From: Chiloscyllium plagiosum
Lineage: Eukaryota
Length of the DNA: 45,227 nucleotides
Direction: 5' to 3'
Assembly (NCBI RefSeq): GCF_004010195.1
Contig: NC_057718.1
Span: 591,773-636,999 of the forward strand
The notes beneath the pieces were generated by a model. The model saw nothing but the letters and a program-made list of their open reading frames with translations. It was not told where the DNA came from and did no database searches. Below, in pieces: positions 1 through 13,385 of the stretch; position 1 is the stretch's first letter; every line of letters begins with the position of its first letter. The position numbers were made by a program, and so were the translations under genes.

Positions 1-377
1 TCCGAAACCTGCTGATCTTCCAGCTGAAGGAGTTGACCCCGACTGAGTATTGCAGACTGGCACATTCCAAGGTCCAGGACTACGTGTTGAGGGACACGCT
101 GAAGCCTGGGGCAGCTGCCGCCAAGGCGCGGTGGGGAAAGACCACTGTGTAACATCTGCCTGCCTAACGAAGAACAGGGGGCCCACGCAGAGTTTTGGGC
201 TCTGCTGACGCCTCAGCAGAAGAGCTGGATAGTAAATGTACAGACTTGTATATAGGAAAAATAAATTTTGATATCTGTTTGTAAAGCAATGTAATGTGTG
301 CACAAAAATGGCATGACCAATTGTACAGAGATCCAAATAATTTTATGAATAAAGTATATTTTTGAAATAAAAAAAAT
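1..377 (+). mobile_element. 3' end of a Tx1/L1-clade LINE (ORF2 C-terminus, 3' UTR, poly-A)
   Basis: Frame from nt 3 reads RNLLIFQLKELTPTEYCRLAHSKVQDYVLRD...ARWGKTTV* (stop 150-152), resembling Tx1 ORF2 ends; AATAAA near 348 and A-run ending ~377. Confidence 0.7.
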
Positions 378-738
378 GTAAAATTCCAACAGGACGAGAT
401 AGGTTAGATACAGGAAGGATGTTTCTGATTGTGGGTGAGTACAGAACCAGGGATCACAGGCTCAGGATATCGGGTGAACTGAGATGAGGTGAAATGTCTT
501 CATCCAGGGAGTGGGGAGCCTGTGACATTCACTGCCACAGAAGACAGTCAAGGCCAAAACATTAAATACTTTCAAGAAGGAGTGGGTATAGCACCTTGGG
601 CTAAATGGATCAAAGGATATGGGGGGGGAACAGAACTAGGCTATTGGGCATTAACCATGGTCATACCGAATGGCAGAGCAGAGTCGAAGGGCTGAATGGC
701 CTACTCCTGCTCCTATTCTCTATATTTCTCTATTTCTT
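378..738 (+). mobile_element. Decayed CR1-type LINE 3' fragment
   Basis: Degenerate DRLD..RMF..GE.RTRGH motifs and typical tail GGCAGAGCAGAGTCGAAGGGCTGAATGGCCTACTCCTGCTCCTATT. Confidence 0.7.
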
Positions 739-1227
739 TAGGTAATGTAGCAAGTTGGTTAGATTTAGATCTTGTAATTGAGTTAACAGTTCAGCTTTCA
801 AAATTGATGAGGAGGTTTGAGATATTAACTGCTGGAACTTTCTGTAATGATCAGGAAATACTTCATTAAGATATTTCTTCAACTGTGTTCTTTCAGGATT
901 ATATTGTTACTCATTGTGAGTGAGAGAATGAGAGATATCATAGTTTCATTGAAATCCTTTACTGTCTAGAATTAAAGTTGGGAACATCTTCATTTTTTTT
1001 AAAAGGTTTTCTTGCAAAGTCTCTATTTTTTGTAAACAGCAGACAATGCCCAATGTTTCCTACCTTTTGTCTTTTCCATATAAAAAAAGTCACATGGTTA
1101 AATGCTTTCCATCCCAGAAACTGTCCAAATCTTAATTTTCCCAATTCTTATAGAGCATAAATATACATGTGTTTCTAACATAATCCACTCAGCCCTTTGA
1201 ACATGAACTGCCATTTTAAAAAAAAAT

Positions 1228-1900
1228 TAATTCATAGGACATGGGCATTGCTGGCTGGTCAGCCTTTATTACCCGTCCCTAGTTGCCCCTTGTGAAGGTG
1301 GGGGTGAGCTGCCTTCTTGAACCACTGCAGTCCACCTGCTGTGGGTTGACCCACAATGCCCTTAGGGAGGGAACTCCAGAATTTTGACCCAGTGACACTG
1401 AAAGAACGCAAATATATTTGCAAATCAGAGTGGGGATAGGCTCGGAGCGGAACTTGCAGGGGGTAGTGTTCCCATGTATCTGCAGCCCTTGTCATTCTAG
1501 ATGGAAGTGGTCATGGGTTTGGAGGGTGTTGTCTGAGGATCTTTGGTGAGTTTCTGCACTGCATTTTGTAGATAGTACCCACTGTTGTTACCGAGCGTCG
1601 ATGGTGGAGGGAGGGGATGCTTGTAGATGTTGTACCAATGAAGCAGACTGCTTGGTCCTGGATGGTGTCAAGCTTCTTGAATGTTATTGGAGCTGCCCCC
1701 ATCCAGGCAAGTGGGGAATATTCCATCCCACTCCTGACTTGTCCCTTGGAGATGATGGATTGGCTCTGGGCAGTCAGGAGGGCTAGGATCTCTGACCTCT
1801 GACCTGCTGTCTAGCCAGAGTATTTCTATGATTAGTCCAGTTCTGTTTCTTGTGAATAGCAATCCCCAAGACATTGATGGAGGGGGATACCGTGATGGTA
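1228..1900 (-). mobile_element. L2/CR1-group LINE 3' fragment
   Basis: Minus ORF 1511-1726 MEYSPLAWMGAAPITFKKLDTIQDQAVCFIG...SLHHRRSV and 1259-1495 SFSVTGSKFWSSLP are post-RT motifs; same family at 17720-18440 and 32470-34510. Confidence 0.75.
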
Positions 1901-2204
1901 CAAACTCCTACTGAGATGACTGACCTTGAACAACCTCCTCCTTTAAGTTGTTCCTTAAACATTACCTTGTTGTTTTTTTTGTTCCAACCTTTGAAAATCT
2001 CGGCCTAATTTCTCCTTCAGAGGTTTGGTGTCAAGTTTTGTCTGAGGATGTTTCTTATCAAGTGATTTGGAAAGGTTGCTCCTATAAATGTACTAGTTAA
2101 TACAAATTGTTTCTTTATGCACCCTCACTCCATTTACCTGCTCTCACTAATTAAATACCATTTATCAGCATTTCATATGATTTAAGTCCATTCCATCTAG
2201 TCTG

Positions 2205-2219
<15 letters not shown>

Positions 2220-2238
<19 letters not shown>

Positions 2239-2527
2239 CAAATTACCAACAATTCTGTGGATTAGTTAGATGGCAGAGTAAAACATTGGGACTCAGTCAG
2301 AGAAACGAAGATAATATTCCAGTCGATCAAGTATTGTTCATTCCTCAAGACTGGATGAATGTTCTGGAGTAGCCATGTCTCTCTCTCTCTCTCTCTCCAA
2401 ATTACCAACAATTCTGTGGATTAGTTAGATGGCAGAGTAAAACATTGGGACTCAGTCAGAGAAACGAAGATAATATTCCAGTTGATCAAGTATTGTTCAT
2501 TCCTCGAGACTGGATGAATGTTCTGGA
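2220..2527. repeat. Near-perfect ~150 bp direct duplication starting in a (CT)n tract
   Basis: (CT)n-CCAAATTACCAAC...GAATGTTCTGGA at ~2220-2368 and ~2377-2527, two substitutions seen. Confidence 0.9.
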
Positions 2528-3022
2528 ACCCAAGTTCAAATCTGACCATGGCAACTGGAAAATTTAAATTCAATTAATTAAAAAGCAAGTCTTAGTAATA
2601 ATAACAATGAAAACAGATTGCCACAAATGTTGACAGAAGAAGAGAAACTGCTGGAGAAACTCAGCAGATTTTAGCAGCATCTGTGGAGAGAGAAATGAAG
2701 TTAATGTTTTGAATCCAGTGTGTCTTTTCTTCAGAACGGTCTGGTTCAGAAATGTTCTTTACAGGAGGAAATCTAGCATCTTGACCTGAAAGGTTTACAT
2801 CTGACTACAAGCTGATGGTGATGTGGTTAATCTTTACCTGCCTGAGTTGGCTGAACAAGCCATTCAGTTTCGTCAAACCCCTACAGAAATGTTAGACCAT
2901 AGAACAGTGTAGCTCAGGAACGGGCCTTTAGGCCTATGATGTTGGCCGACCTTGACGTCAAATTAAAGTAATCCCTTTCTGCCTGCCCTTGGTCCATATC
3001 CTTCCATTCCTTGCATATCCAT

Positions 3023-3260
3023 GAGCTGTTATACAGAGTGGTCAAGCAACAGCCTGACATAGTCGTACTCAATCATACCTTACAGACACCAGGATCACCA
3101 TTTCTGGTTATGTCCATTCTCAGAGCATGACAGACCCCAGCAGAGCTGGTGGCACAGTGGGATAGAGTTGGGACAGAATTGTCCAGAGAGTCTTTGTCCC
3201 AGAAAGGAGGCCTTGTCGTGGCATGAAGATCTTGTTCTGGGAATTCCAGCAGTCTCATCC
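3023..3260 (+). mobile_element. Decayed LINE APE-endonuclease fragment
   Basis: Frameshifted reading ELLYRVVKQQPDIVVL / SYLTDTRITISGYV / DRP-SRAGGTV matches the PDI..L.ES and DR...GGGV motifs of LINE endonucleases. Confidence 0.65.
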
Positions 3261-3269
3261 CAGTGTGGC

Positions 3270-6200
3270 AATCTTAGACTGGTGCAGTGACCACCTTGTC
3301 CTGAGGGGCGATCTCAGACTGGTGCAGTGACCACCTTGTCCTGAGGGGCGATCTCGAACTGGTGCAGTGACCACCTTGTCCTGAGGGGGGGCGATCTCGA
3401 ACTGGTGCAGTGACCACCTTGTCCTGAGGGGGGGCGATCTCGAACTGGTGCAGTGACCACCTTGTCCTGAGGGGTATTCTTAGACTAGTGCAGTGACCAC
3501 CTTGTCCTGTGGGGTGTTCTCAGACTAGTGCAGTGACCACCTTGTCCTGTGGGGTGTTCTCAGACTGGTGCAGTGACCACCTTGTCCTGAGGGGTATTCT
3601 TAGACTGGTGCAGTGACCACCTTGTCCTGAGGGGTATTCTCAGACTGGTGCAGTGACCACCTTGACCTGAGGGGGCGATCTCAAACTGGTGCAGTGACCA
3701 CCTTGTCCTGAGGGGTGTTTCGATTAGATTAGATTACATTACATTACAGCGTGGAAACAGTCCCTTCGGCCCAACAAGTCCACACCGACCCGCCGAAGCG
3801 CAACCCACCCTTTTCTCTACATTTACCCCTTACCTAACACTGTGAGCAATTTAGCATGGCTAATTCACCTGACCTGCACATCTTTTGGACTGTGGGAGGA
3901 AACCGGAGCACCCGGAGGAAACCCACGCAGACACGGGGAGAATGTGCAAACTCCACACAGTCAGTCACTTGAGGCGGGAATTGAACCCGGGTCTCAGGCG
4001 CTGTGAGGCAGCTGTGCTAACCACTGTGCCACCCACGTGTTCTCGGAGTGGTGCAGTGACCACATTGTCCTGGGGGAGGGGGCGATCCTGGACTAGTGCA
4101 GTGACCACCTTGTCCTCAGGAGGGCGATCTCGAACTGGTGCAGTGACCACCTTGTCCTGAGGGGTATTCTCGGACTGGTGCAGTGACCACCTTGTCTTGA
4201 GGGGGCGATCTTGGACTGGTGCAGTGACCACCTTGCCCTGAGGGGTGTTCTCGGACAGGTGTAGTGACCACCTTGTCCTGAGGGGTGTTCTCGGACAGGT
4301 GCAGTGACCACATTGTCCTGAGGGGTCTATCTCGGACTGGTGCAGTGACCACCTTGACTTGAGGGGGTGATCTCGGACTTGTCCTGAGGCGGGGTGTTCT
4401 CGGACTGGAGCCCAAGGGGCGATCTCGGACTGGTGCAGTGATCACCTTGTCCTGAAGGGGGGGGGAGCGATCTCGGACTGGTGCAGTGATCACCTTGTCC
4501 TGAAGGGGGTGAGCGATCTCGGGCTGGTGCAGTGACCACCTTGTTCTGAGGGGTCTTCTCGGACTGCTGCAGTGACCACATTGTCCTGAGGGGGGGGGGC
4601 GATCCGGACTGGTGCAGTGATCACCTTGTCCTGAGGGGCCGATCTCGGACTGGTGCATGACCACATTGTCCTGAGGGGGTCGATCTCGTACTGGTGCAGT
4701 GACCACTTTTCCTGAGGGGTCTTCTCGGACTGGTGCAGTGACAACATTGTCCTGAAGGGGCGATCTCAGACTGGTGCAGTGACCACCTTGTCCAGAGGGG
4801 TCTTCTCGGACTGGTGTAGTGACCACCTTGTCCTGAGGGGGAGCGATCTCGGACTGGTGCAGTGACCACCTTGTCCTGAGAGGGCGATCTCGGACTGGTG
4901 CAGTGACCACCTTGACCTGAGGGGTGTTCTCGGGCTGGTGCAGTGACCACATTGTCCTGAGGGGGCGATTTCGGATTGGTGCAGTGACCACCTTGTCCTG
5001 AGGGGTCTTCTCGGACTGGTGCAGTGACCACATCGTCCTGAGAGGTGTTCTTGGACTGGTGCAGTGACCACCTTGTCCTGAGGGGGGTATCACGGACTGG
5101 TGCAGTGACCACTTTGTCCTGAGGGGTGTTCTCGGACTGGTGCAGTGACCACCTCGTCCTGAGGGGTCGATCTCGGACTGGTGCAGTAACCACCTTGCCC
5201 TGAGGGGTGTTCTGGGACAGGTGCATCGACCACATTGACATGAGGGGGGCGATCTCGGACTGGTGCCGTGACCACTTTCTCCTGTGGGGTCTTCTCGGAT
5301 TTCTGCAGTGACCACCTTGTCCTGAGGGGTCGGTCTCGGACTGGTGCAGTGACCACCTTGTCCAGAGGGGTCGATTTCGGGACTGGTGCAGTGACCACCT
5401 TGTCCAGAAGGAGGCGATCTCGGAGTAGTGCAGTGACCACCTTGACCTGAGGGGTGTTCTCGGACCGTTGTAGTGACTACCTTGTCCTGAGAGGGCAATC
5501 TCAGACTGGTGCTGTGACCACCTTGTCCTGAGGGGGGCGGTTTCGGACTGGTGCAGTGACTACATTGTGCTGAGGGGGCGATGTCGGACTAGTGCAGTGA
5601 CCACCTTGTCCTGAGGAGGGCGATCTCGGACTGGTGCAGTGACCACCTTGTCTTGAGGGGGGATCTCGGACTGGTGCAGTGACCACCTTGTCTTGAGGGG
5701 GGATCTCAGACTGGTGCAGTGATCACCTTGTCCTGAGGGGGCGATCTCGGACTGGTGCCGTGACCACCTTGTCCTGAGGGAGGCAATCTCGGACTGGTGC
5801 AGTGACCACCTTGTCATGAGGGAGGCGATCTCGGACTGGCGCAGTGACGACATTGTCCTGAGGGGTCGATCTCGGACTGGTGCAATGACCACCTTGTCCT
5901 GAGGGGGGGCGATCTCGGCCTGGCGCAGTGACCACCTTGTCTAGAGGGTGGCGATTTTGGGACTTGTGCAGTGACCACCTTGTCCTGAAGGAGGCAATCT
6001 CGGACTAGTGCAGTGACCACCTTGACCTGAGGGGTGTTCTCGGACTGGTGCAGTGACCACCTTATCCTGAGAGGGCAATCTCAGACTGGTGCAGTGACCA
6101 CCTTGTCCAGAAGGAGGCAATCTCGGACTAGTGCAGTGACCACCTTGACCTGAGGGGTGTTCTCGGACTGGTGCAGTGACCACATTGTCCTGAGGGCTGT

Positions 6201-8209
6201 TCTCTCGGACTGGCGCAGTGACGACATTGTCCTGAGGGGTCGATCTCGGACTGGTGCAATGACCACCTTGTCCTGAGGGGGGGCGATCTCGGCCTGGCGC
6301 AGTGACCACCTTGTCTAGAGGGTGGCGATTTTGGGACTTGTGCAGTGACCACCTTGTCCTGAAGGAGGCAATCTCGGACTAGTGCAGTGACCACCTTGAC
6401 CTGAGGGGTGTTCTCGGACTGGTGCAGTGACCACCTTGTCCTTAGTGGGGTGCAATCTCAGACTGTTGCAGTGACCACCTTGTCCTGAGGGGGGGGGGCG
6501 ATCTCGGACTGGTGCAGTGACCAGCTTGTCCCGAGGGGGGGCGATCTCGGACTGGTGCAGTGACCACATTGTCCTGAGGAGGTGTGTTCTTGGACTGGTG
6601 CCGTGACCACCTTCTCCTGAGGGGTCTTCTCGGACTGGTGCAGTGACCACCTTGTCATGAGTGGGGCAATCTCAGACTGGTGCAGTGACCACCTTTTCCT
6701 GAGGGGTGTTCTCAGACTGGTGCAGTGACCACATTGTCCTGAGGAGGGCGATTTCGGACTGGTACAGTGACCACCTTGTCCTGAAGGAGGCGATCTCGGA
6801 CTGGTGCAGTCACCACCTTGTCCTGAGGGGTGCGATTTCGGACGGTTGCAGTGACCACATTGTGCTGAGGGGGCGATGTCGGATGAGTGCAGTGACCACC
6901 TTGTCCTGAGGTGACGTTCATGGACTGATGCAGTGACCACCTTGTCCTGAGTGGGAGGCGATCTCGGACTGGTGCAGTGACCAGCTTGTCCTGGGGGGGG
7001 GGTGTTCTTGGACTGGTACAATGACCACCCTGTCCCAAGGGGGTGAGATCTCGGACTGGTGCATTGACCACCTTGTCCTGAGGGGGCATTCTCGGACTGG
7101 TGCAGTGACCACCTTGTCCTGAGGGGTGATCGCAGACTGGTGCAGTGACCACCTTGTCCTGAGGGGGACGATCTTGGACTGGTGCAGTGACCACCTTGTC
7201 CTGAGGGGTCTTCTCGGACTGGTGTAGGGGGGGCGATCTCGGACTGGTGTAGTGACCACCTTGTCCTCTCGTGGGGTGATCACGGACTGGTGCAGTGACC
7301 ACCTTGTCCTGAGGGGGCCGATCCTATACTGGTGCAGTGACCACCTTGACCTGAGGGGTGTTCTCGGGCTGGTGCAGTGACCACATCGTCCTGAGAGGTG
7401 TTCTTGGACTGGTGCAGTGACCACCTTGTCCAGAGGGGTTGATTTCGGGACTGGTGCAGTGACCACCTTGTCCTGAGGGGGTTGTGCTCGAACTGGTGCA
7501 GTGACCACCTTGTCCTGAGGGGGGTGATTATGGACTGGTGCAGTGACCACATTGTGCTGAGGGGTCGATGTCGCACTAGTGCAGTGACCACCCTGTCCTG
7601 AGGAGGGCGATCTTGGACTGGTGCAGTAACCACCTTGTCCTGAGGGGTGTCCTGGGCCTGGTGCAGCGAGCACCTTGTCATGAGGGAGGCGATCTCGGAC
7701 TGGTGCAGTGACCACCTTCTCCTGTGGGGTCTTCTCGGATTACTGCAGTTACCACCTTGTCCTGAGGGGTCGATCTCGGACTGGTGCAGTGACCATCCTG
7801 TCCAGAAGGAGGCGATCTCGGACTAGTGCAGTGACCACCTTGACCTGAGAGGGCAATCTCAGACTGGTGCTGTGACCATCTTGTCCTGAGGGGGGTGGTT
7901 TCGGACTGGTGCAGTGACTACATTGTGCTGAGGGGGCGATGTCGGACTAGTGCAGTGACCACCTTGTCCTGAGGAGGGCGATCTTGGACTGGTGCAGTGA
8001 CCACCTTGTCCTGAGGGGCGATCTCGGACTGGTGCAGTGACCACCTTGTCCTGAGGGGCGTTCTCGGAATACTGCAGTGACCATATTGTCTTGAGGGGGG
8101 GGATCTCGGACTGGTGCAGTGACCACCTTGTCCTTAGTGGGGTGCAATCTCAGACGCAGTGACCACCTTGTCCTGAGGGGCGATCTCGGACTGGTGCAGT
8201 GACCACCTT
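3270..8209. repeat. GC-rich minisatellite, ~38-42 bp unit GACTGGTGCAGTGACCACCTTGTCCTGAGGGG(n)CGATCTCG, >100 copies
   Basis: Directly visible; unit length varies through a G-run; source of all QDKVVTAPVRDRP-type ORFs. Confidence 0.97.
3722..4036 (-). mobile_element. HE1-like tRNA-derived V-SINE inserted in the minisatellite
   Basis: Reverse complement has Pol III box A (TGGCACAGTGG), box B (GGTTCAATTCC), V-domain TGTGGAGTTTGCACATTCTCCCCGTGTCTGCGTGGG and (TAATC)n tail. Confidence 0.92.
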
Positions 8210-8210
8210 N

Positions 8211-11200
8211 ACACAGTTCTATAGTTGAGGAAACACAGTTCTATAACTGAGGAAACACTGTTCTATAGTTGAGGAAACACAGTTCTATAGTTGAGAAAAC
8301 ACAGTTCTATAGATGAGAAAACACAGTCCTATAACTGAGAAAACACAGTTCTATAGTTGAGAAAACACAGTCCTATAGTTGAGAAAACACTGTTCTATAG
8401 TTGAGAAAACACAGTTCTATAACTGAGAAAACACAGTCCTATAATTGAGAAAACACAGTCCTTTAACTGAGAAAACACAGTTCTATAGTTGAGAAAACAC
8501 AGTTCTATAACTGAGAAAACACAGTTCTATAGTTGAGAAAACACATTTCTATAACTGAGAAAACACAGTTCTATAGTTGAGAAAACACAGTCCTATAACT
8601 GAGAAAACACAGTTCTGTAGTTGAGAAAACACTGTTCTATAGTTTAGAAAACACAGTCCTATAACTGAGAAAACACAGTTCTATAGTTGAGAAAACACAG
8701 TCCTATAACTGAGAAAACACAGTTCTATAGTTGAGAAAACACAGTTCTAGAGCTGAGAAAACACAGTTCTATAGTTGAGAAAACACAGTTCTATAGCTGA
8801 GAAAACACAGTTCTATAACTGAGGGAACACTGTTCGATAGCTGAGAAAACACTGTTCTATAGTTGAGAAAACACTGTTCTATAGTTTAGAAAACACAGTC
8901 CGATAACTGAGAAAACACAGTTCTATAACTGAGATAACACAGTTCTATAACTGAGAAAACACAGTTCTATAGCTGAGAAAACAAAGTTCTATAGTTGAGG
9001 AAACACAGTTCTATAGCTGAGAAAACACAGCTCTATAGCTGAGAAAACACAGTTCTATAGCTGAGAAAACACAGTTCTATAGTTGAGGAAACACAGTTCT
9101 ATAGCTGAGAAAACACAGTTCTATAGCTGAGAAAACACAGTTCCATAGTTGAGGAAACACAGTTCTATAGCTGAGAAAACACAGTTCTATAGCTGAGAAA
9201 ACACAGTTCCATAGTTGAGGAAACACAGTTCTATAGCTGAGAAAACACTGTTCTATAGCTGAGAACACACTGTTCTATAGCTGAGAAAACACAGTTCTAT
9301 AGTTGAGGAAACACAGTTCTATAGCTGAGAAAACACAGTTCTATAGCTGAGAAAACACTGTTCTTTAGCTGAGAAAACACAGTTCTATAGCTGAGAAAAC
9401 ACTGTTCTATAGCTGAGAACACACTGTTCTATAGCTGAGAAAACACTGTTCTATAACTGAGAAAACACAGTCCTATAACTGAGAAAACACAGTTCTATAA
9501 CTGAGAAAACACAGTTCTATAGCTGAGAAAACACAGTTCTATAGCTGAGAAAACACTGTTCTATAGCTGAGAAAACAAGTTCTATAGTTGAGGAAACACA
9601 GTTCTATAGCTGAGAAAACACTGTTCTATAACTTAGAAAACACAGTTCTATAGCTGAGAAAACACAGTTCTATAGCTGAGAAAACACTGTTCTATAACTG
9701 AGAAAGCACAGTTCTATAGCTGAGAAAACACTGTTCTATAACTTAGAAAACACAGTTCTATAGCTGAGAAAACACAGTTCTATAGCTGAGAAAACATTGT
9801 TCTATAGCTGAGAAAACACTGCTCTATAGCTGAGAAAACACTGCTCTATAGCTGAGAAAACACAGTTCTATAGTTGAGGAAACACAGTTCTATAGCTGAG
9901 AAAACACTGTTCTATAGCTGAGAAAACACTGTTCTATAGCTGAGAAAACACAGTTCTATAGCTGAGAAAACACAGTTCTATAGTTGAGGAAACACAGTTC
10001 TGTAACTGAGGAAACACAGTTCTGTAGCTGAGAAAACACTTCTATAACTTAGGAAACACTGTTCGAGAGTTGAGGAAACACAGTTCTATAACTGAGAAAA
10101 CACTGTTCTATAGTTGAGAAAACACTGTTCTATAGTTGAGGAAACAATGTTCTATAGTTGAGGAAACACTGTTCTATAGTTGAGGAAACACTGTTCTATA
10201 GTTGAGGAAACACTGTTCTATAGTTGAGAAAACACTGTTCTATAGTTGAGAAAACACAGTTGTATAACTGAGGGAACACTGTTCGATAACTGGGGAAACA
10301 CAGTTCTATAACTGAGGAATCACAGAGCTATAGCTGCGGATGCACAGTTCTATAACTGAGGAAAGAGAGTTCAATAGCTGAGGAAATACAGTTTTATAAC
10401 TGAGGAAACTCAGTTCTATAGCTGAGGAAACAGGTGTATAACTGAGGAAACACTGTTCTATAACAGAGGAAACACAGTTCTATAACAGAGGAAACACAGT
10501 CAGAGGAAACACAGTTCTATAACAGAGGAAACACAGTTCTATAACAGAGGAAACACAGTTCTATATCTGAGGAAACACAGTTCTATAACAGAGGAAATAC
10601 TATTCTATAGTTGAGGAAACACAGTTCTATAACTGAGCAAACACTGTTCTATAGCTGAGGAAACACTGTTCTTTGGCTGAGGAAACACAGGTCTGTAGCT
10701 AAGGAAACAGTTATGTAACTGAGGAAATACTGTTCTGTAGCTGAGGAAACTCTGTTCAAAAGCTGAGGAAACACTGTTCTGGTAGCTGAGGAAACATTGT
10801 TCTATAGCTGAGGAAACACTGTTCTGTAACTGAGGAAACACAGATCTATAGTTGAGGAAATACTATTCTCTAGCGGAGGAAACACTTTTCTTTAGCTGAG
10901 GAAACACAGGTCGGTAGCTAAGGAAACACAGTTCTGTAACTGAGGAAACACAGTTCTATAGTTGAGGAAATACTGTTCTGTAGCTGAGGAAACACTGTTC
11001 AAAAGCTGAGGAAACACTGTTCTGGTAGCTGAGGAAACATTGTTCTATAGCTAAGGAAACACAGTTCTGTAACTGAGGAAACAGTTCTATAGTTGAGGAT
11101 ACATAGTTATGTAACTGAGGTAACACAGTTCTGTAGCTGTGGAAATACTGTTCTATAGCTGAGGAAACACAGGTCGGTAGCTAAGGAAACACAGGTCTGT

Positions 11201-12516
11201 AACTGAGGAAACACAGATCTATAGTTGAGGAAATACTGTTCTGTAGCTGAGGAAATTCTGTTCTACAGTTGAGGAAACACAGGTCGGTAGCTGAGGAAAC
11301 ACAGGTCTGTAACTGAGGAAACACAGTTCTATAGTTGAGGAAATACTGTTCTGTAGCTGAGGAACCTCTGCTCTATAGCTGAGGAAACAGAGTTCTGTAG
11401 CTGAGGAAATACTGTTCTCTAGCGGAGGAAACACAGGTCTGTAGCTGAGGAAACACATTTCTTTAGCTGAGGAAACACAGTTCTGTAGCTAAGGAAACAC
11501 AGTTCTATAACTGAGGAAACCCTGTTCTATAGCTGAGGAAACACAGTTCTGTAGCTGAGGGAACACAGTTCTATAACTAAGGAAGTAGTGTTCGATAGAT
11601 GAGGAAACACAGTTCTATAACTGAGGGAACACTGTTCGATAACTGGGTAAACACAGTTCTATAGCTGAGGAAACACAGTTCTATAACAGAGGAAACTCAG
11701 TTCTATATCTGAGGAAACACAGTTCTATAACAGAGGAAATACTATTCTATAGTTGAGGAAACACAGTTCTATAACTGAGCAAACACTGTTCTATAGCTGA
11801 GGAAACACTGTTCTTTAGCTGAGGAAACACTGTTCTTTAGCTGAGAAAACACAGTTCTTTAGCTGAGGGAACACTGTTCTGTGGCTGAGGGAACACTGTT
11901 CTGTGGCTGAGGGAACACAGTTCTGTAGCTGAGGAAACACTTTTCTTTAGCTGAGGAAACACAGTTCTATAGCTGGAAATGTGTTGCTGGAAAAGCGCAG
12001 CAGGTCAGGCAGCATCCAGGGAACAGGAGNNNNNNNNNNNNNNNNNNNNNNNNNNNNNNNNNNNNNNNNNNNNNNNNNNNNNNNNNNNNNNNNNNNNNNN
12101 NNNNNTTCTCCTCAAAGACAGTTCTATAGTTGAGGAAACACAGTTATGTAACTGAGAAAACACAGTTCTGTAGCTGTGGAAACACAGGTCTGTAACTGAG
12201 GAAACACAGATCTATAGTTGAGGAAATACTATTCTCTAGCGGAGGAAACACTTTTCTTTAGCTGAGGAAACACAGGTCGGTAGCTAAGGAAACACAGTTA
12301 TGTAACTGAGGAAACACAGTTCTATAACTGAGGAAACCCTGTTCTATAGTTGAGGAAACACAGTTCTATAACTGAGGAAACACTGGTCTGTAGCTGTGGA
12401 AACTCTGTTCAACAGTTGAGGAAACACACTTCTGGTAGCTGAGGAAACACTGTTCTCTAGCTGAGGAAACACAGCTCTATAGCTGAGAAAACACAGTTCT
12501 ATAGCTGAGGAAACAG
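8211..12516. repeat. 22-bp minisatellite ACACAGTTCTATAGCTGAG(G/A)AA, roughly 190 visible copies, runs into an N gap
   Basis: Directly visible; 22-aa periodicity in minus ORFs (3 x 22 bp) agrees. Confidence 0.97.
11975..12115. mobile_element. Penelope-derived terminal-repeat element in the 22-bp array, centre lost in N gap
   Basis: ATGTGTTGCTGGAAAAGCGCAGCAGGTCAGGCAGCATCCAGGGAACAGGAG identical to the arm at 37012-37062; TTCTCCTCA after the gap matches the element end at 42681-42689. Confidence 0.75.
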
Positions 12517-13023
12517 NNNNNNNNNNNNNNNNNNNNNNNNNNNNNNNNNNNNNNNNNNNNNNNNNNNNNNNNNNNNNNNNNNNNNNNNNNNNNNNNNNNN
12601 NNNNNNNNNNNNNNNNNNNNNNNNNNNNNNNNNNNNNNNNNNNNNNNNNNNNNNNNNNNNNNNNNNNNNNNNNNNNNNNNNNNNNNNNNNNNNNNNNNNN
12701 NNNNNNNNNNNNNNNNNNNNNNNNNNNNNNNNNNNNNNNNNNNNNNNNNNNNNNNNNNNNNNNNNNNNNNNNNNNNNNNNNNNNNNNNNNNNNNNNNNNN
12801 NNNNNNNNNNNNNNNNNNNNNNNNNNNNNNNNNNNNNNNNNNNNNNNNNNNNNNNNNNNNNNNNNNNNNNNNNNNNNNNNNNNNNNNNNNNNNNNNNNNN
12901 NNNNNNNNNNNNNNNNNNNNNNNNNNNNNNNNNNNNNNNNNNNNNNNNNNNNNNNNNNNNNNNNNNNNNNNNNNNNNNNNNNNNNNNNNNNNNNNNNNNN
13001 NNNNNNNNNNNNNNNNACTCTAT

Positions 13024-13385
13024 GAAACAGAGTGAAAGAAAAAACAGAGTGAAAGAGAAACAGTGTGAAAGGAATTCATACTGAAACAGAAACCGATTGC
13101 TAGAGAAACCTAGTGCCAGAGAAACCGAATGAAAGAGAAACTAAGTGCCAGAGAAACAGACTGAAACAGAAACAGACTGAAAGAGAAAGAGCGTGCCAGA
13201 GAAACCGAGTCAAAGAGAAACCGAGTGCCAGAGAAACCGAGCAAAAGGGAAACTGAGTGTAGGAGAAACTGAGTGAAAGAGAAACTAAGTGAAAGAGAAA
13301 CAGTTTGAAACAGAAAGAGAGTTATTCAGAAATGGTGTGAAAGAAAGAGAGTGAAAGAGAAACAGAATGCTGGGGAAACAGAGTG
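13024..13385. repeat. Purine-rich degenerate ~16-17 bp repeat (GAAACAGAGTGAAAGA)
   Basis: Directly visible. Confidence 0.85.

Noticed and set aside
3073..3258. Minus-strand exon MRLLEFPEQ... with AG|GTATG donor
   Set aside because: The opposite strand is explained by a LINE endonuclease remnant; no acceptor with pyrimidine tract.
4116..5498. 460-aa and neighbouring repeat ORFs as a mucin-like protein
   Set aside because: Variable G-runs switch frames between units; all three frames appear in one ORF; no splice or signal features.
3270..8209. CRISPR-like array (constant part plus variable part)
   Set aside because: Variable parts are ~10-nt variants of one sequence, not unique spacers; vertebrate context; no cas genes.
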